Shown here: piece by piece, positions 14,205 to 27,029 of the stretch | Layout: each line of letters starts with the position of its first letter | Numbering within the stretch: the stretch's first letter is position 1 | Source: the human T2T-CHM13v2.0 reference genome, Homo sapiens | DNA length: 64,000 bases | Strand: one strand, 5' to 3' | NCBI RefSeq assembly: GCF_009914755.1 | Contig: NC_060945.1 | The notes under the pieces: model-generated | Database searches by the model: none | What the model was told of the DNA's origin: nothing | The model's input: only the letters and a program-made list of their open reading frames with translations | Program-made: the position numbers and the translations under genes

Positions 14205-14699
14205 AACAGAGGTTTTAAACAGAGGCACAACAATCAAATATGCATTTAGGAAGATAACTTGACTACTGGTGGAGAAAACACTGGAAGGAAAAAGGGAAGA
14301 AGAGCAGTTTAGAATTCTCTTAAGATAATAAGGCATCTATACCCTCTGTTTGTTTCTTAGGGATCATTAATTCTCTCAAGACTCAAAAGGCTAATAATGA
14401 TTGCTGTGGAAAAATACTACTTTCCCAAAAGTGCCTATGGATTTACAGATCATCCTGAAGACAGAAGCAGAAATATGTGGGCTACAATATGAAGTAAGGA
14501 AATAAATCTTAAGTATTTTTGATTTTTTCAGAAAAATAAAAAGTACTAAAAAGTAATGTGACTTATTGAATGCAGCTATTTACAGCTGGTTGAATGGACT
14601 TATTGATCATTGGTTGATGGAGCCCAGGGCTTAAAGTTATGTAGCCAATTTGAGCAACCTATTTTATGACTACAACTGTTTGTATCCCCAAATTTCCTT

Positions 14700-14890
14700 C
14701 TTTTTTTTTTTTTTTTGTTTTGTTTTGAGACAGGGTCTCACTCTCTCTCCCAGGCTGTAGTGCAGTGGTGTGACCTCAGCTCACCGCAACCTCCGCCTCC
14801 TGGGCTCAAGTGATTCTTCTGCCTCAGCCTCCCAAGTAGCGGAACCACAGGTGCCTGCCACCACACCAGGTTAATTTTTGTATTTTTAAT
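14700..14890 (-). mobile_element. Partial Alu (right monomer plus linker)
   Basis: Poly-T, gagacagggtctcactc...taatttttgtattttt, then similarity ends. Confidence 0.88.
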
Positions 14891-15466
14891 AAATTTTAGT
14901 CATGTGCTTTACTTGGGTGATAGTTATAACTTCATGAGCGACGTGTCTAGTCTCAGAATGTACCACAGTTAAAGAAAAACTCAGAAACTAAAAACCTATT
15001 TCAAAATAATAAGAATGCTTTACTCTTTCTGTTTTTAGAATACCACAAAGAGAACTCAGACCCACAGCATTCATTACCTTTTAATTCCCTTTCTGCTCTT
15101 GTTTTGCACAAAGCAATTGTATCCATGCTTCTTACTTCCAAAACTCCCTTAGAGCTCCTTCCTCTGACCCAGTCTGAACTCTGTTTTTCCCCACTTCCTA
15201 CCATTTTCCTACTGAACTTGCATGACAGAGGTTCAGAAGAACCTATCGGGTAAAGGAGGATTCCCATCAGATGGTAGGGGATGGGAAGAAACTAGGGTAA
15301 CACTGGCAGGATCCTCTTTAGCAATAAAAGTGAGGAGGATGACTGGGACCATGAGCCATTGGACCATGGAGCACCAAGTGTGAGAAAGGGTGACCCTAGA
15401 GAAGAGGGACAAGGTGAAGTATGGAAAAAGTTGGCATACATAAGTGTGGTCTTTGGTCTGATAAAC

Positions 15467-15601
15467 TATGTCCCACTCTAGTTTTTATATCGAGTTAATG
15501 GCAGTAAAGAGAGGGTCTGAGCTATCCATTAGATTGCACTGCATTGGAAAGGCTATGATTTTATTTTTCTTAAGTCCTTAGAAAGTGGAGATACAAAGAA
15601 G
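15467..15601 (+). repeat. Local dispersed duplication, copy 1 (copy 2 at 17092-17220)
   Basis: By-eye alignment: 8 substitutions and 2 indels over about 130 bp. Confidence 0.95.
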
Positions 15602-15624
15602 ACCAAATTATAAATGAAGTAATC

Positions 15625-16095
15625 ATAAAATAACAGCTAATATATTTACTGAGTGCTTATTAAGGGCCAGGTATTTTTTAAACATTATCTTATTTAATCC
15701 TCACACATAGCTCTGAGGTATATACATCTCCACTTTTTAGATAAGGGAACTGGGCTTTAGAAAGTTTAAATAATGGCCAGGTGCTGTGGCTCATGCCTAT
15801 AATCCCAGCACTTTGGGAGGCCAAGTAGGCCAGATCACCTGAGTTCAGGAGTTCGAGACCAGCCTGGCCAACATGGCGAAAACCCATCTCCACTAAAAGT
15901 ACAAAAATTAGCCAGGCGTGGTGGCGGGCAATTGTAATCCCAGCTACTCAGGAGCCTGAGGCAGGAGAATCGCTTGAACCCAAGAGGCGAAGGTTGCAGT
16001 GAGCAGAGAGAGCGCTGAAGTTTAAATAACATGCTCAAATTGGTAGAGCGAGAATCTGAGCCTAGCATTTTTAGTCCAGAGTCCATAACTTAATA
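15625..16095. mobile_element. MIR split by an Alu
   Basis: cagctaatatatttactgagtgctta...atttaatcctcac...ttagataagggaactg, resuming after 16017. Confidence 0.7.
15775..16016 (+). mobile_element. AluS, 3'-truncated and tailless
   Basis: Alu from ggccaggtgc to ...gcagtgagcagagagagcgct; flanked by aagtttaaataa (15762-15773 / 16018-16029). Confidence 0.9.
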
Positions 16096-16636
16096 ATTGG
16101 ACTGAGAATTTACTGTAAACTTATCCTTCCATATTAAGTCCCAGAAATAATAGATAGAAGAGTGAAAGACTTTACAAAACACATTAATTAAAGTTATTGT
16201 GTTACTGCAAGATACTTTCTCTGAATTACTGGCATTTATAAAAATGAGACTAAAATTTTCATGAATGTGAAAATTGGCTAATCTTAGAAGGAAAGCGCTT
16301 TACTAATGGCTAACAGAATTAACTAGCAATAATAACGTCTATGGAAGAAAATGACTTTAAATACTGTTTTTCAAATGAGGAAGCATCTGTTGAACATCAA
16401 CTGTACCCTGCATTTTGGAGGTCATACAAGACGTGTAAGATTTTGAACTTCAATGCTAAATGATTGCTTAGGATAGTGTATATAAAGTCTCTAACATATT
16501 CCATTGCTTACAACACGTCAGTTAATATTGTTTTTTTTTTTTTTCCTTATTCTCTGTAATGAGCTTAAGATCCGGTTGGGGAAACGTGACTAACACATCT
16601 GAAATATACATAAACTAGTGAAATATAATTAGTATA

Positions 16637-17057
16637 TGATGTAGTTTGGATATTTGTCCCTGCCCAAATCTCTTGTTGAAATGCAATCCCCAGTGTTGGA
16701 GGTGGGGCCTGGTAGGAGGTGTTTGGATCATGCGGGTGGATCCCTCATTAATGACTTAGGCCACCTCCTTGGTGATACGTGAGCTTGCTGTGTGAGTTCA
16801 CAGGAGATCTGGCCATTTCAAGGTGGCACCCCTCCCATCTCTTGCTTCTACTTTGGCCGTGTGATGTGCCTACTCCCGCTTTGTCTTTCAGCATGATTAT
16901 AAGCTTCCTGATGCGTCCCCAGAAGCCGAGCAGATGCTAGCCCCAAGATTCCTGTAAAGCCTGCAGAACCATGAGCCAATTAAACCTCTTTTCTTTATAA
17001 ATTACCCAGTCTCAAGAATTTATTTATATAAATGCAATGCAATAATGGCCTAATACA
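16637..17057 (+). mobile_element. MSTB-type MaLR solo LTR
   Basis: tgatgtagtttggatatttgtccc...ggcctaataca. Confidence 0.88.
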
Positions 17058-17091
17058 GTGCAGTATAAGATACATGCAACATATTTATAAT

Positions 17092-17220
17092 TATGTCCCA
17101 CTCTAGTTTTCATATTGGGTTAATGGCAGTAAGAGAGGGTCTGAGCTAACTATTACATTGCATTGGAAAAGCTATGATTTTATTTTTCTTAAGTCCTTAG
17201 AAAGTGCAGATACAAAGAAG
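17092..17220 (+). repeat. Local dispersed duplication, copy 2
   Basis: Matches 15467-15601. Confidence 0.95.
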
Positions 17221-17229
17221 TGGAGATAC

Positions 17230-17538
17230 TATATATATATATATATATATATTTGAGACAGGGTCTCACTCTGTTGCAATCATGGCTCCCTGCAGCTTCA
17301 ACCTCCTGGGCCCAAACAATCCTCCTGCCTCAGCCTTCCCAAGTAGCTGGAATTATGGGCATGCACCACTGCACTGGGCTAACATATATATATATATACA
17401 CACATATATGTATATGTATATGGTAGAGTCAAGAGTTCTTGCAAAGTTGCCCAAACTTTAACCCCAGGGCTGAAACAACCCTCCTGCCTCAGCCTCCCAA
17501 AGGGCTGGGATTACAGGCGTGAGCCAACGTGCCCAGCC
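17230..17538 (-). mobile_element. AluJ with (TA)n tail and TA/CA-converted middle linker
   Basis: AluJ diagnostics; microsatellites at 17230-17252 and about 17384-17421. Confidence 0.9.
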
Positions 17539-20500
17539 ACATGCAATATTTTAAATAGAAGTGAATAGTTAGGTTAGATTTCCAAAAGGAATGGGTATTT
17601 TACAGGTTGTTAAGATTTGCTTAGGTGAAGAGTCGGGAATTTATTTTAGGAAGATGAAATAATTTGAATGTATACAAGATTAAATATGAGTTTAGGGGAA
17701 TATTTAATGTATTGATACAATTGAGTTAGACTCTTTAAAACTGAAAAAAAAATTCATAAACTTCCAGCAAAATGATAAGATTTTAAATCTTTTGACTAAT
17801 TTGGGTTAAGCAGTATAATCATGATGAATGTCTTGGTAGCATATTATCCCAAGTGAATTAAGCATTATGACTGGTGACATCTGACCCCAGGAGCTTTTGA
17901 GACAAAACAAGGGGACATATCAAATGTCTGGTTTTACTCCAAAAAAACTTCAGAGTCTGGCTAAAGGCAAGTATTTTAAACATGTTTCTTAGGATAACAG
18001 CCCAGGTTTTAGGACTCTTCCAAGTCATTTGGAGAAGAGACTGTTAAATTAGAAACATCAGCTTTAGGTCTATCTGATCAGGTATTAATTTGTCCTTACA
18101 AATGAAGGTTTTTCTCCTTGTGGTGAAAATATCAAGTTAATCATCTCATGCAACTCTCAGTACTCAATATATTACCCTTAAAGTCACATACACATTAGAA
18201 TGTACAGTGAAGCAGTGATTAATGAAATATCATTTCCTAATAGGGCAAAAATTGTGTCTGGAGATACACATTTTTGCTTTTGTCTTTGTTTTTTACAGTC
18301 TTGGCATATCTTGTGTATTTTTAAGGGAATAATTTTATAAAATGAAAGTCTAAATCTTGGGAGTGACTTTTTATTTTAGAGGAGAAAATTGGATCTTGCT
18401 CAAGCTGAGATATATTGGCATTAGTCCTGCTGTGGTATATCTTGAAAAGACAACAGAAATACAACTCGACTATTATACTGCCATTCTGTTTATGCAAACT
18501 TGCAATATTCTGCATGCTGCCTGGTACATTCCAGAGACAGGAGGAGCCAAACAAAACACTTTAATAACATTAGCTCATATGAATTCATTTTTTATACAGT
18601 GCACATGGAATGAAATGTATAATCTTATCAGAATTAATTGAAATCACATGCCAAAAATGGAAATACGGTTCATTGTCTTTAATTTGGCCAAGTGCCATTT
18701 AATACCAAAAACATTTCACACAACTTCATTATTTATATAGTGTATCTAGTGGGCATCAAATGGGATAATATATATTAAAAAAGCTAAAAACCATCCTAAA
18801 ATGTAAGGTTTTCATAATAATAGCTCCCTTTGACTCAGTGTATTTTAAAAGGAAAATGTGGTATTTGTGTAGTACTTTGTATTGTGAACTTCCATTTGGT
18901 TATTTCATCAATGAGTGATTCTAAACTGTCTTTGTGAAATCTATTGATATGCTAATGCTACTGCAACTTGCAATATATAAAATGACATAAAATCAAATAT
19001 GTTTAACATTAGAATATTTTTTCTCCAAATAATTCTGAAAGAAAGGTAGAGGAAACTTAAAACTTAAGACAAAACTGATTTTAAATAAATTTTATGAATG
19101 TTTAAAGATAATATTGTAAGGTAATTAATTCCTCATTTTGGTCTCTGCAAATATTTGAAATACAATGCTAGGAAATTGTTGGCACTTGGATCCTAATGTC
19201 ATCACTTTTCAGATCCAATTTCTAACAAATATAATCATTGCTAAGCACAATATGGGGAAAATGGCACTGGTGGGTTAGGTCATGACTATATGCAACAAAC
19301 AATACAATTAACATGTTGGTACTTAGATGAAGAAAAGTACACTTTTCTTGCTCTGAAATATATCCAATTCTTACTAAGACAACTGAATTTAAAATTGTGT
19401 TTCCAAACACAATTTGGGTTCACCAGATTCCATGGTGCTGTTTCTTTAACCCTGGAAGATAAGCCTATTTATCATCTTGCTATACCTCACCATGGGTTCT
19501 TCCAATTCCACACTCTGCCTTGCAGTCTTACTGGCAGTATTCTGACACTTATTATGCAGTTCTGGGCACCCTAACCTTAGTGACCTGACCTCTTGGTGAG
19601 GGGACTTTTGACTTTGCATCCCAATCTTTCAGGATAACCATAAGGCACTTCACAATTGAATTCTGATACCTGCCCATTTACAACTACCAGGGAAAAGTCA
19701 CTTGGGAGTCCAGGTGGGGGAGTAGTTTGATCAATTAATAACACTCCAGCTGCATCATTTTCCAACAGGAAGAGCAACTCTATTGGTCAACATCTGACTA
19801 TTCAAAATTCTCCACTTACAAGAATATCTCCTGTCCTTAAATTCAAGGACTTAGTTAAAGCAGTAAGCAAACCCAGCAGGAAGTCCTCTTTGAAGTGCAG
19901 GAGCTCAGATATGCAAAAGTCTTGATCAGCACATGCTTGAAAAGTGCTTACTCTTCTCCCCTTTGGGATTGGCCATTAACTCAATTCTGGACATTCTCAA
20001 ATAAAGCTGTTTTTCAGGTTGCTTCAACTTCAGAGTCAATAAGTGAGTGGCTTTCGTCAACAAGGGTTAATAAACACTTTCCTCTGCCTCCCGCCTCCTC
20101 ACATTCCAAAGTGGACTCATTTAGCATGAATACATTAGCATTTGTAAGGGACAGCCTTACAGTTATCTACATGGAGTTCCTGGGATTACTGCAGTCTTTC
20201 TTATTTATTCTCCCTGCCTTCAAATCTCTTCCTGCTTCAAAAGATCCTACATATAACTGCATGAAAAATCTTCAACAGTCACCTCATTCTATGACTTGAG
20301 AGCTTCCCCAGGGGTCCATGTCCCATCTTATTGACTCTGCTCAACATCTCCCACCGTTCTCTCTCAACATCCCATTATTTTGACACCTCTTTCAACATGC
20401 TTCAGTGTTATTTGTCTACTCCTGGTGTCATTATTTCTGCTGTGTATATTTTTTGCCTCTGCTATAAGTTGCATTTGCATTACAATTTTTAAATTTTAAA

Positions 20501-20634
20501 ATTGCCTTCCTCCAGAAATTCTGCTGTGGTTTACCTACCTCTGACTCATCCCCTTTCTATTCATTATATCCTCCACATAAATATATGAAATTTTACCCTA
20601 TTATCTTTAAGCTGTTCTTTAACAATAGGACAAT

Positions 20635-20850
20635 ATTAATAACTACCATTTTCCAAGTCTTACTGCATTCCTTCACATATTATTTTTTATCATAGCAACA
20701 ATCTTCTGAGGTAGATATTATATTTATTTTATAGAAGAGAAACTGAAGCTTAAGGAAGTTAAGTAAGTTTATTAAGGTCACCCACATAGGGATTACCAGG
20801 GCTGGGATGTGAACCCAGATTTGGAACATCATACATAATTACTCTACTGT
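20635..20850. mobile_element. MIR
   Basis: attttatagaagagaaactgaagcttaaggaagttaagtaa...aaggtcacccac core. Confidence 0.75.
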
Positions 20851-20869
20851 GCTTCTGGCTACTCAAGAC

Positions 20870-21335
20870 ACTAACCTTTACTAAACACCTAGTAGATATC
20901 GGATTCCACAGCTAAGTGATGGAGACAATAAGAGCATAGTCTCTGCCTGTCCCCCGGTTTCTCACAGCCTGGTGGAAGAAAGGATGTGGATGTCATGAGA
21001 GCAATGTGATAAATGTTCAAACATGTGGAACTGCACGGGTAAATAAGGGTGACTTATGAGAGGAAGCGACAGCTGAATTTGAAGTGGGAAGAAGGAGCTT
21101 GCCAGATAACAAGGAGAGAGGAAGTGGCCTTCTAGGTGCAGGGAAGTACCAAAACAAAGGTGTAGGAGCAGGAAGGGTCTTTAAACGTTAGGTTAGGTAA
21201 GGGCTCTTCACCCAGAGTGGCCAGAATGCAGGACTCGGATTTAGAGTGGTTGGAGGAGGATTCAGAGGCCCTGGAGACTTATAGCCCGAAGGGCTCGTAT
21301 GAAGACTAAGGGGGTAGGACTTTATCTTCTGACAT
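20870..21335 (-). mobile_element. L2 relic
   Basis: Purine-rich reverse-L2-like text (gacagctgaatttgaagtgggaagaaggagcttgccag; ggactttatcttctg). Confidence 0.5.
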
Positions 21336-22459
21336 GTAGTTGGCTCTGTAACATATTTCCTCTGAATTACTTTCCCTCCTGATTAAATCATAAAGGCTTT
21401 GAGGACATCTAAGCTCTTCTTATTCCCACCTGGATACTCTTCCATATAGAAAGGGAGTCATCTGTTTATTGGAGGCATTGGATGATCTGCTGTTTTTCTT
21501 GGTTGAGACTTGGTACCACCAAGAAGCAGTCAGTGCCCTCATTTTGGGAAGTATTAGATGCCTCCTGAAGATGTGGAGTCCTCATCCCAAAAGAAGTTAG
21601 ATAGCTATTTTTCAAGTAGTGTGATACTTGTGGAATCTGTATTAAAAATCCTGATAAGGAGCAAAAAGAGAAAGAGGCCCAACAGTAGCTTTAAAATAGA
21701 GAATGATCCTAGAGAAGATAAAACAGAAAGATCCAGAAGGGGACAGGTGCGTCATAATCAACATGCATCAGTTTTGCGTTGGTGAAGGGCAGTATTTTTA
21801 TTATCGTTAAAATGAGATCACTTTTTTGCACTAGGCCAGTGTGAAAAGAAAGACTTCAGGAAGGTGATGTAAGTTTAAAAGTGAGGGGAAAATCAGAAAA
21901 AAAAAAAAAGAAAAGAAAATCCAGGAGTTATATCAGTAATTCTGTGAAAGACAGCATAACATGGGTGTGTTCCTGCAGCTGTAATAGAGATATTATCCTT
22001 CTTGCTAATGAAAAGAATGGGTGGTCTTAAAGATATTTATAACCATGCAGTTTGAAGCTCATGCTGTTTTAAGTGTGAGAAGAGATTTCTTGGGGCTCTG
22101 TTTTGTAGGGAATTATTAAAATAACCTGGGAAAATGAAATTGCAGCACTCCAGAATGTACCCTGGCCATCTACCACCTTACATGGAATGAGGGTGTCTTT
22201 GGCCTAGAGGGCTCTATTGTAGAAAATGTGACAACTGTCCTCTTCTAGAGTTTCAAAACAGTGCTATTTAGTGATCCAACCTTGGCAGGTCAAAAAGGAG
22301 AGAATCAATGTCCTAATTCCAAGTTCATCCATCTAGAATGCGGCTTAAAATAATACAGAGAAATAAAATAGCTGTGTAGAATTCTTTTAACAGCAAAATC
22401 CTATGCCAAGGTTTAAAATTCAATAAATGAAGTGATGGAAAGCAAATGTTTAAAAAATG

Positions 22460-22700
22460 CGATATGGTTGACTATTAAGTTTCCAGGACAGGCTGCTTGA
22501 GTTCAGATACCTGTTCTGCAGCTCACTAGCAGTGTGACCTTGGGGACTTGATCAAAATCTGGCCTCTGTTTCTTCATCTGTAAAAGAAGGATAAACATGG
22601 CATCTGCCTCACAGCATTGTGAAAATTAAATGTGTTACTGTGCATTAAGCACTTGGGACAGTGTTGGCACACAGCAAGTCCTCACTAAATGTTAACGTTA
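22460..22700. mobile_element. MIR
   Basis: ctcactagcagtgtgaccttgg...tctgtttcttcatctgtaaaag...attaaatg...agcacttgggacagtgttggcacacag. Confidence 0.85.
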
Positions 22701-23879
22701 CCTTTTTTTGAGTCCGTAAATCTCTTTCAAGAGTATAAAGATTTGTAAAAGAGATGCATTTGAATTTGTAATATAATTGTTTTTAAAATGATTAAGATGA
22801 TAGGTTGAACACATGAATGTATTTAATACTTTTAACAACTCTATCTATTGGTACCAGAGATTTGAATTTCTCCCTCTCTCTCTCTTTCTGTCTCTCTCAT
22901 TCTATGTATTCTTTTTTCCCTTCTTAACCCTAGTTCACACTGTAGCATGTATAGGAGGGTAGGAGGGTAGGAGGGAACTGGCCACTACACTATGAGAATT
23001 TAATACACACATGTACACACAACTTAAAACTTTTCTCAATACATATCACCCTCCTCATCACCCATACTTTCTCTGCACATACTGAATCAGAAAAACTGGG
23101 GGTACCAAGGTACCTCCACTTATAACCTACTGCCTAGATTTTCATACACATTAAAGTTTATGGATAAATGTCCAAGATTCTTAAGTAAGGTTTAACTAAT
23201 ACTGAGTAACCAAAGTTTTATATGCCTTACTTTATAATACCTATTTGGCACCTAAACATGTTGACTCTGAATTTCAATTCTTTCATTAAATTAATTTTTT
23301 CTCTTCATAAATTGGACGCTTTTGGTGGCAGGTAGAACACACATGTCAAAATGAGCCATCACACATATTTATGGGTATCGTCTTTAAGACCCTTCCTCTA
23401 CCAATCTCATCAGGGTTTAGGCAATAATGTTAATCTAAGGATATGGTCATTTTACTCTTAAAAACCAAAAGAAAATGTTTTCTTTTATACCACGGAAGTG
23501 GATCCCTGTGCTGAGTGTAATTTCTATGACTCTGATTTTTGCCTCTGGGTCATCTTTTCTTGAAATGCTCCCAAGATGAATATTTGCCTGCAAGGTCATC
23601 CTCCGACATGTCGTCCAGTTTGAATCTCAGCACTCTAAAACAGGGCCCTTTCCACAAAAGCCTTCAACTTCAGAAAGAGCTGCCTTTTATGTGGCTCATG
23701 AATATGGTCTAACTGCTTCAAGCTCTCCTCTCTGACCTTTGTCCTATTTAGTGGAGTTCAATTGTCTCCCACATTTATTTAAGCTAATGATAGAAGCATT
23801 AAGCAAAAGTTGAAAAAAGGGACAAATGGATTCATCATGAAAATGCACTGCGCCATAAAAAAGCCCATACACCAAGATG

Positions 23880-23985
23880 CTATTCACAGTGAGTAGTAAA
23901 TTTATGAAACTCATTGCCTCAAGGTATTATATGGGCTATTATATATAAATAGGTTCAAGAAGGACTATAGCAGGTTATTAAACAA
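23880..23985 (+). mobile_element. CR1/L3-like fragment
   Basis: gtagtaaatttatgaaactcattgcctcaagg...ataaataggttcaagaagg resembles the CR1/L3 3' region. Confidence 0.4.
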
Positions 23986-24094
23986 AATTGGGATGCCAGA
24001 GGTGGAAGTGGCGAGCTCATCCCTTACCTTTGCGAACATCGTGGAGCTGGGCGACATTGCTTAGTGCCTCAGTCAGAGAGTTGCTTGACTGGAG

Positions 24095-24530
24095 TGTATT
24101 ACTTTCCTGTAGCCTGCTGGAACAAATTGCCACAGACTTGGTGGCTTAAAACAACAGAAATTTATTCTCTCACAGTTCTGAAGGCCTGAAGTCTGAAACC
24201 AAAATGTTGACAGGGCACATTCCCTCCAGGGGCTCTAAGAAAGAATCCCTTTCTGGACTCTTCCAGCTTCTGGTGCCTACCCCAGTATTCTAATCTCTGC
24301 CTCTGTCTTTACATCATCTTCTCTATGTGCCTGTCTTGTGAGGATATGTGATTATATTTAGGGCCCAGTTGAATAATCCAGGGTAAGCTCCTCCTCTAAG
24401 TTCTCTAACTTACTCATGTCTTTTGCCATGCAAGGTAGTATTCACTTTCACCATTCACGGTTGTATTCACAGAGTCCAGGGATTAGGACCTGGACATATC
24501 TTTTGGGGGGCCACCATTCAACCCACGATA
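24095..24530 (-). mobile_element. MLT1C-like MaLR solo LTR
   Basis: ggtggcttaaaacaacagaaatttattctctcacagttctg...ccaccattcaaccc; TSD tggag/gggag. Confidence 0.85.
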
Positions 24531-25384
24531 GGGAGGGATCATCCTTCTAAGCATTCTATGGTTTGTTTTGTTCCTCATTCTTCTTTATAATTGGAGGGTT
24601 ACTTCAGTCTAAACTTTCATTCCAATAACAATACCACAAACTTTAACTTTCTGTTAAAAAAAAAAACCTTTCTGTTTCTCTCCATTTCCTACATTAGTAA
24701 TGAGCATTAGTTCTGCTGGATGTTAATAGTGGTTAAATGAATACAAGAGAAGCCACATGTTTCAGAATCCTGTTTAAAACAACATTTAATAGAATTTCTC
24801 AGAGGCTTGCTATGCCAGTGATCTTTGTGATGTTCTGAGAAGACAATATGGTGTGCTCACCAGACTCTTTCAACCACACACCCTCTAGCTAGTATTCCCT
24901 AGCATACATTTTGGGAAACTATGCTCTAAAACATAAGAATGACATAAATCAAACATCTCTACTTTTTTCCTTTTGGGACCAAATCTAAGCCTATGGCCCT
25001 CCTTGTTGCATTTGTAGCTAATAATTTCCTCACAATTATTTGAATTAATACAGCAAAAAGGAGGCTAGTTGTTCTTTGACTTAGCACGTTCCCTCTGGAA
25101 TCAAGCAGATTCTTTTCTGTTGGGTTTTACATGATAGTCAATAGCTTTCCCTAGAGCCATCCAGCTACTATAATTGAAATATATACATAGTCTAAGAAAA
25201 ACCCTATATGGGAGTCTGTGATTTTGCTGGCTCACTCTGGGTAGAGTGCCAATGAGCACGTGTATGCTCATCTTGACTGTTTCAAGTCAAGCTGCCAAGT
25301 TTACATTTTTTAGAGACTGAACAGCTCTTAAAAAGAATGCTATACCTGTTCCCCTAACATCTTTTTTCTCTTGGAGTTAGGTAA

Positions 25385-25756
<372 letters not shown>

Positions 25757-25804
25757 AGGTTCTTATATTTTTAAGTCTTTGAGTTCTCTTTTATTTTAAA
25801 ATGT

Positions 25805-26090
25805 CCCCCTCCCCATCCCCCACCCAGACAGGATGTCACTCTGTTGCCCAGGCTGGAATGCAATGGTGTGATCATAGCTTGAACTCTTGAGCTCAAGCGA
25901 TCCTCCCACCTCAATCTCTAGGACTGCAGGTTTATATCATCATGCCCTGCTAACTTTTTAATAAAAAAGTTTGTAGAGACAGGGTCTTTCTATAGTGCCT
26001 ACGCTGGTCTCAAACTTCTGGGCTCAGTGATCCTCCCACCTCAGCCTCCCAAAGTGCTGGGATTACAGGCATGAGCTAATGCATCCAGCC
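25805..26090 (-). mobile_element. AluJ with C/G-rich tail
   Basis: AluJ body 25826-26090; taaaatgt at 25797-25804 and 26091-26098. Confidence 0.88.
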
Positions 26091-26119
26091 TAAAATGTTC
26101 TTTATGAATGCTTTTTTAT

Positions 26120-27000
26120 GTTCTTCATTTGGCCATCCAACAAATGCTCATTGAAATGTTCTAATGCACCAACCTCTGTGGTTGATTTAGGAGGGAAGGG
26201 TATGTGGCTCTGGATGAGACTCTGTGTGCCTTAAAGGCACTCTCAGTGGAGGATGCATGGCATGAAAAAAATGTATATACTGTGAAACACACCCCAATAG
26301 TGGTCTGAGAAATATGTTACAGCATGAAGGGAAAAGAAATATGAACTCTCTTTGGGAAACTAACATTTACTCTGGGTTGTGAAGAATGAAAAAGGTTCAT
26401 TCGCTGTGATAAAGTACAATCTAGGATGGAAACCAAGGCATACGTAGGGAAGCAGTTATAGATGGGTATGTTGTATCTGAGGAATAATGAGAAGTTCAGA
26501 GTTACTCCCCAGAGGTAAAAGGGATGTGGTGCTGGAAGGAGGGGAGGTTAAGGTAGGCTGATTTCCAATAGGGAAGGATTCTGATTGCCCTGGCAGGAAG
26601 CTTAGATGGTATTTTGCAGGAAATTGGGAGCCTTGGGGAGGGTTTTGTATTAATACAAAGCAGTGACAAGATGAGATTTTGATTTTAGAAAGACAATTCT
26701 GGAAGTCAGGGCACATGGAAGCCCTCAAATCTACTCTTGTTAACCTAGCTAGAATAGTTTCAGTTTAAAATTATTAAAAAAAAAAAAGAAAAGAATTTGC
26801 TAGATTACTAGTAAAGAAACTTAGTAATAATCTATTTAAAAGGCGAACAGACTCTAAACAAAGGCAGTGGTATCTGAGATAGAATTCAGGGAAAGGCGGA
26901 TGCTGACTCAAAGGCTTCCATGTAGTCAGTTGGGTGGATGGTGAAGATAATAAGGAAGAGAGGCAAGGAGTGGAGCTGCTTTGGGGTGGGTAGAGAAGTA
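26120..27000 (-). mobile_element. L2 relic
   Basis: catccaacaaatgctcattga 3'-end motif; attttagaaagacaattctgg; gatgctgactcaaaggcttc. Confidence 0.6.
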
Positions 27001-27029
27001 CTAGATTGTGAATAGGAAGGAATATAATC

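Noticed and set aside
19577-20299. ORFs 19577-19777(-) and 19895-20299(+) in unique sequence
   Set aside because: Non-ATG starts, no recognisable domain and no convincing splice context; lengths are plausible by chance
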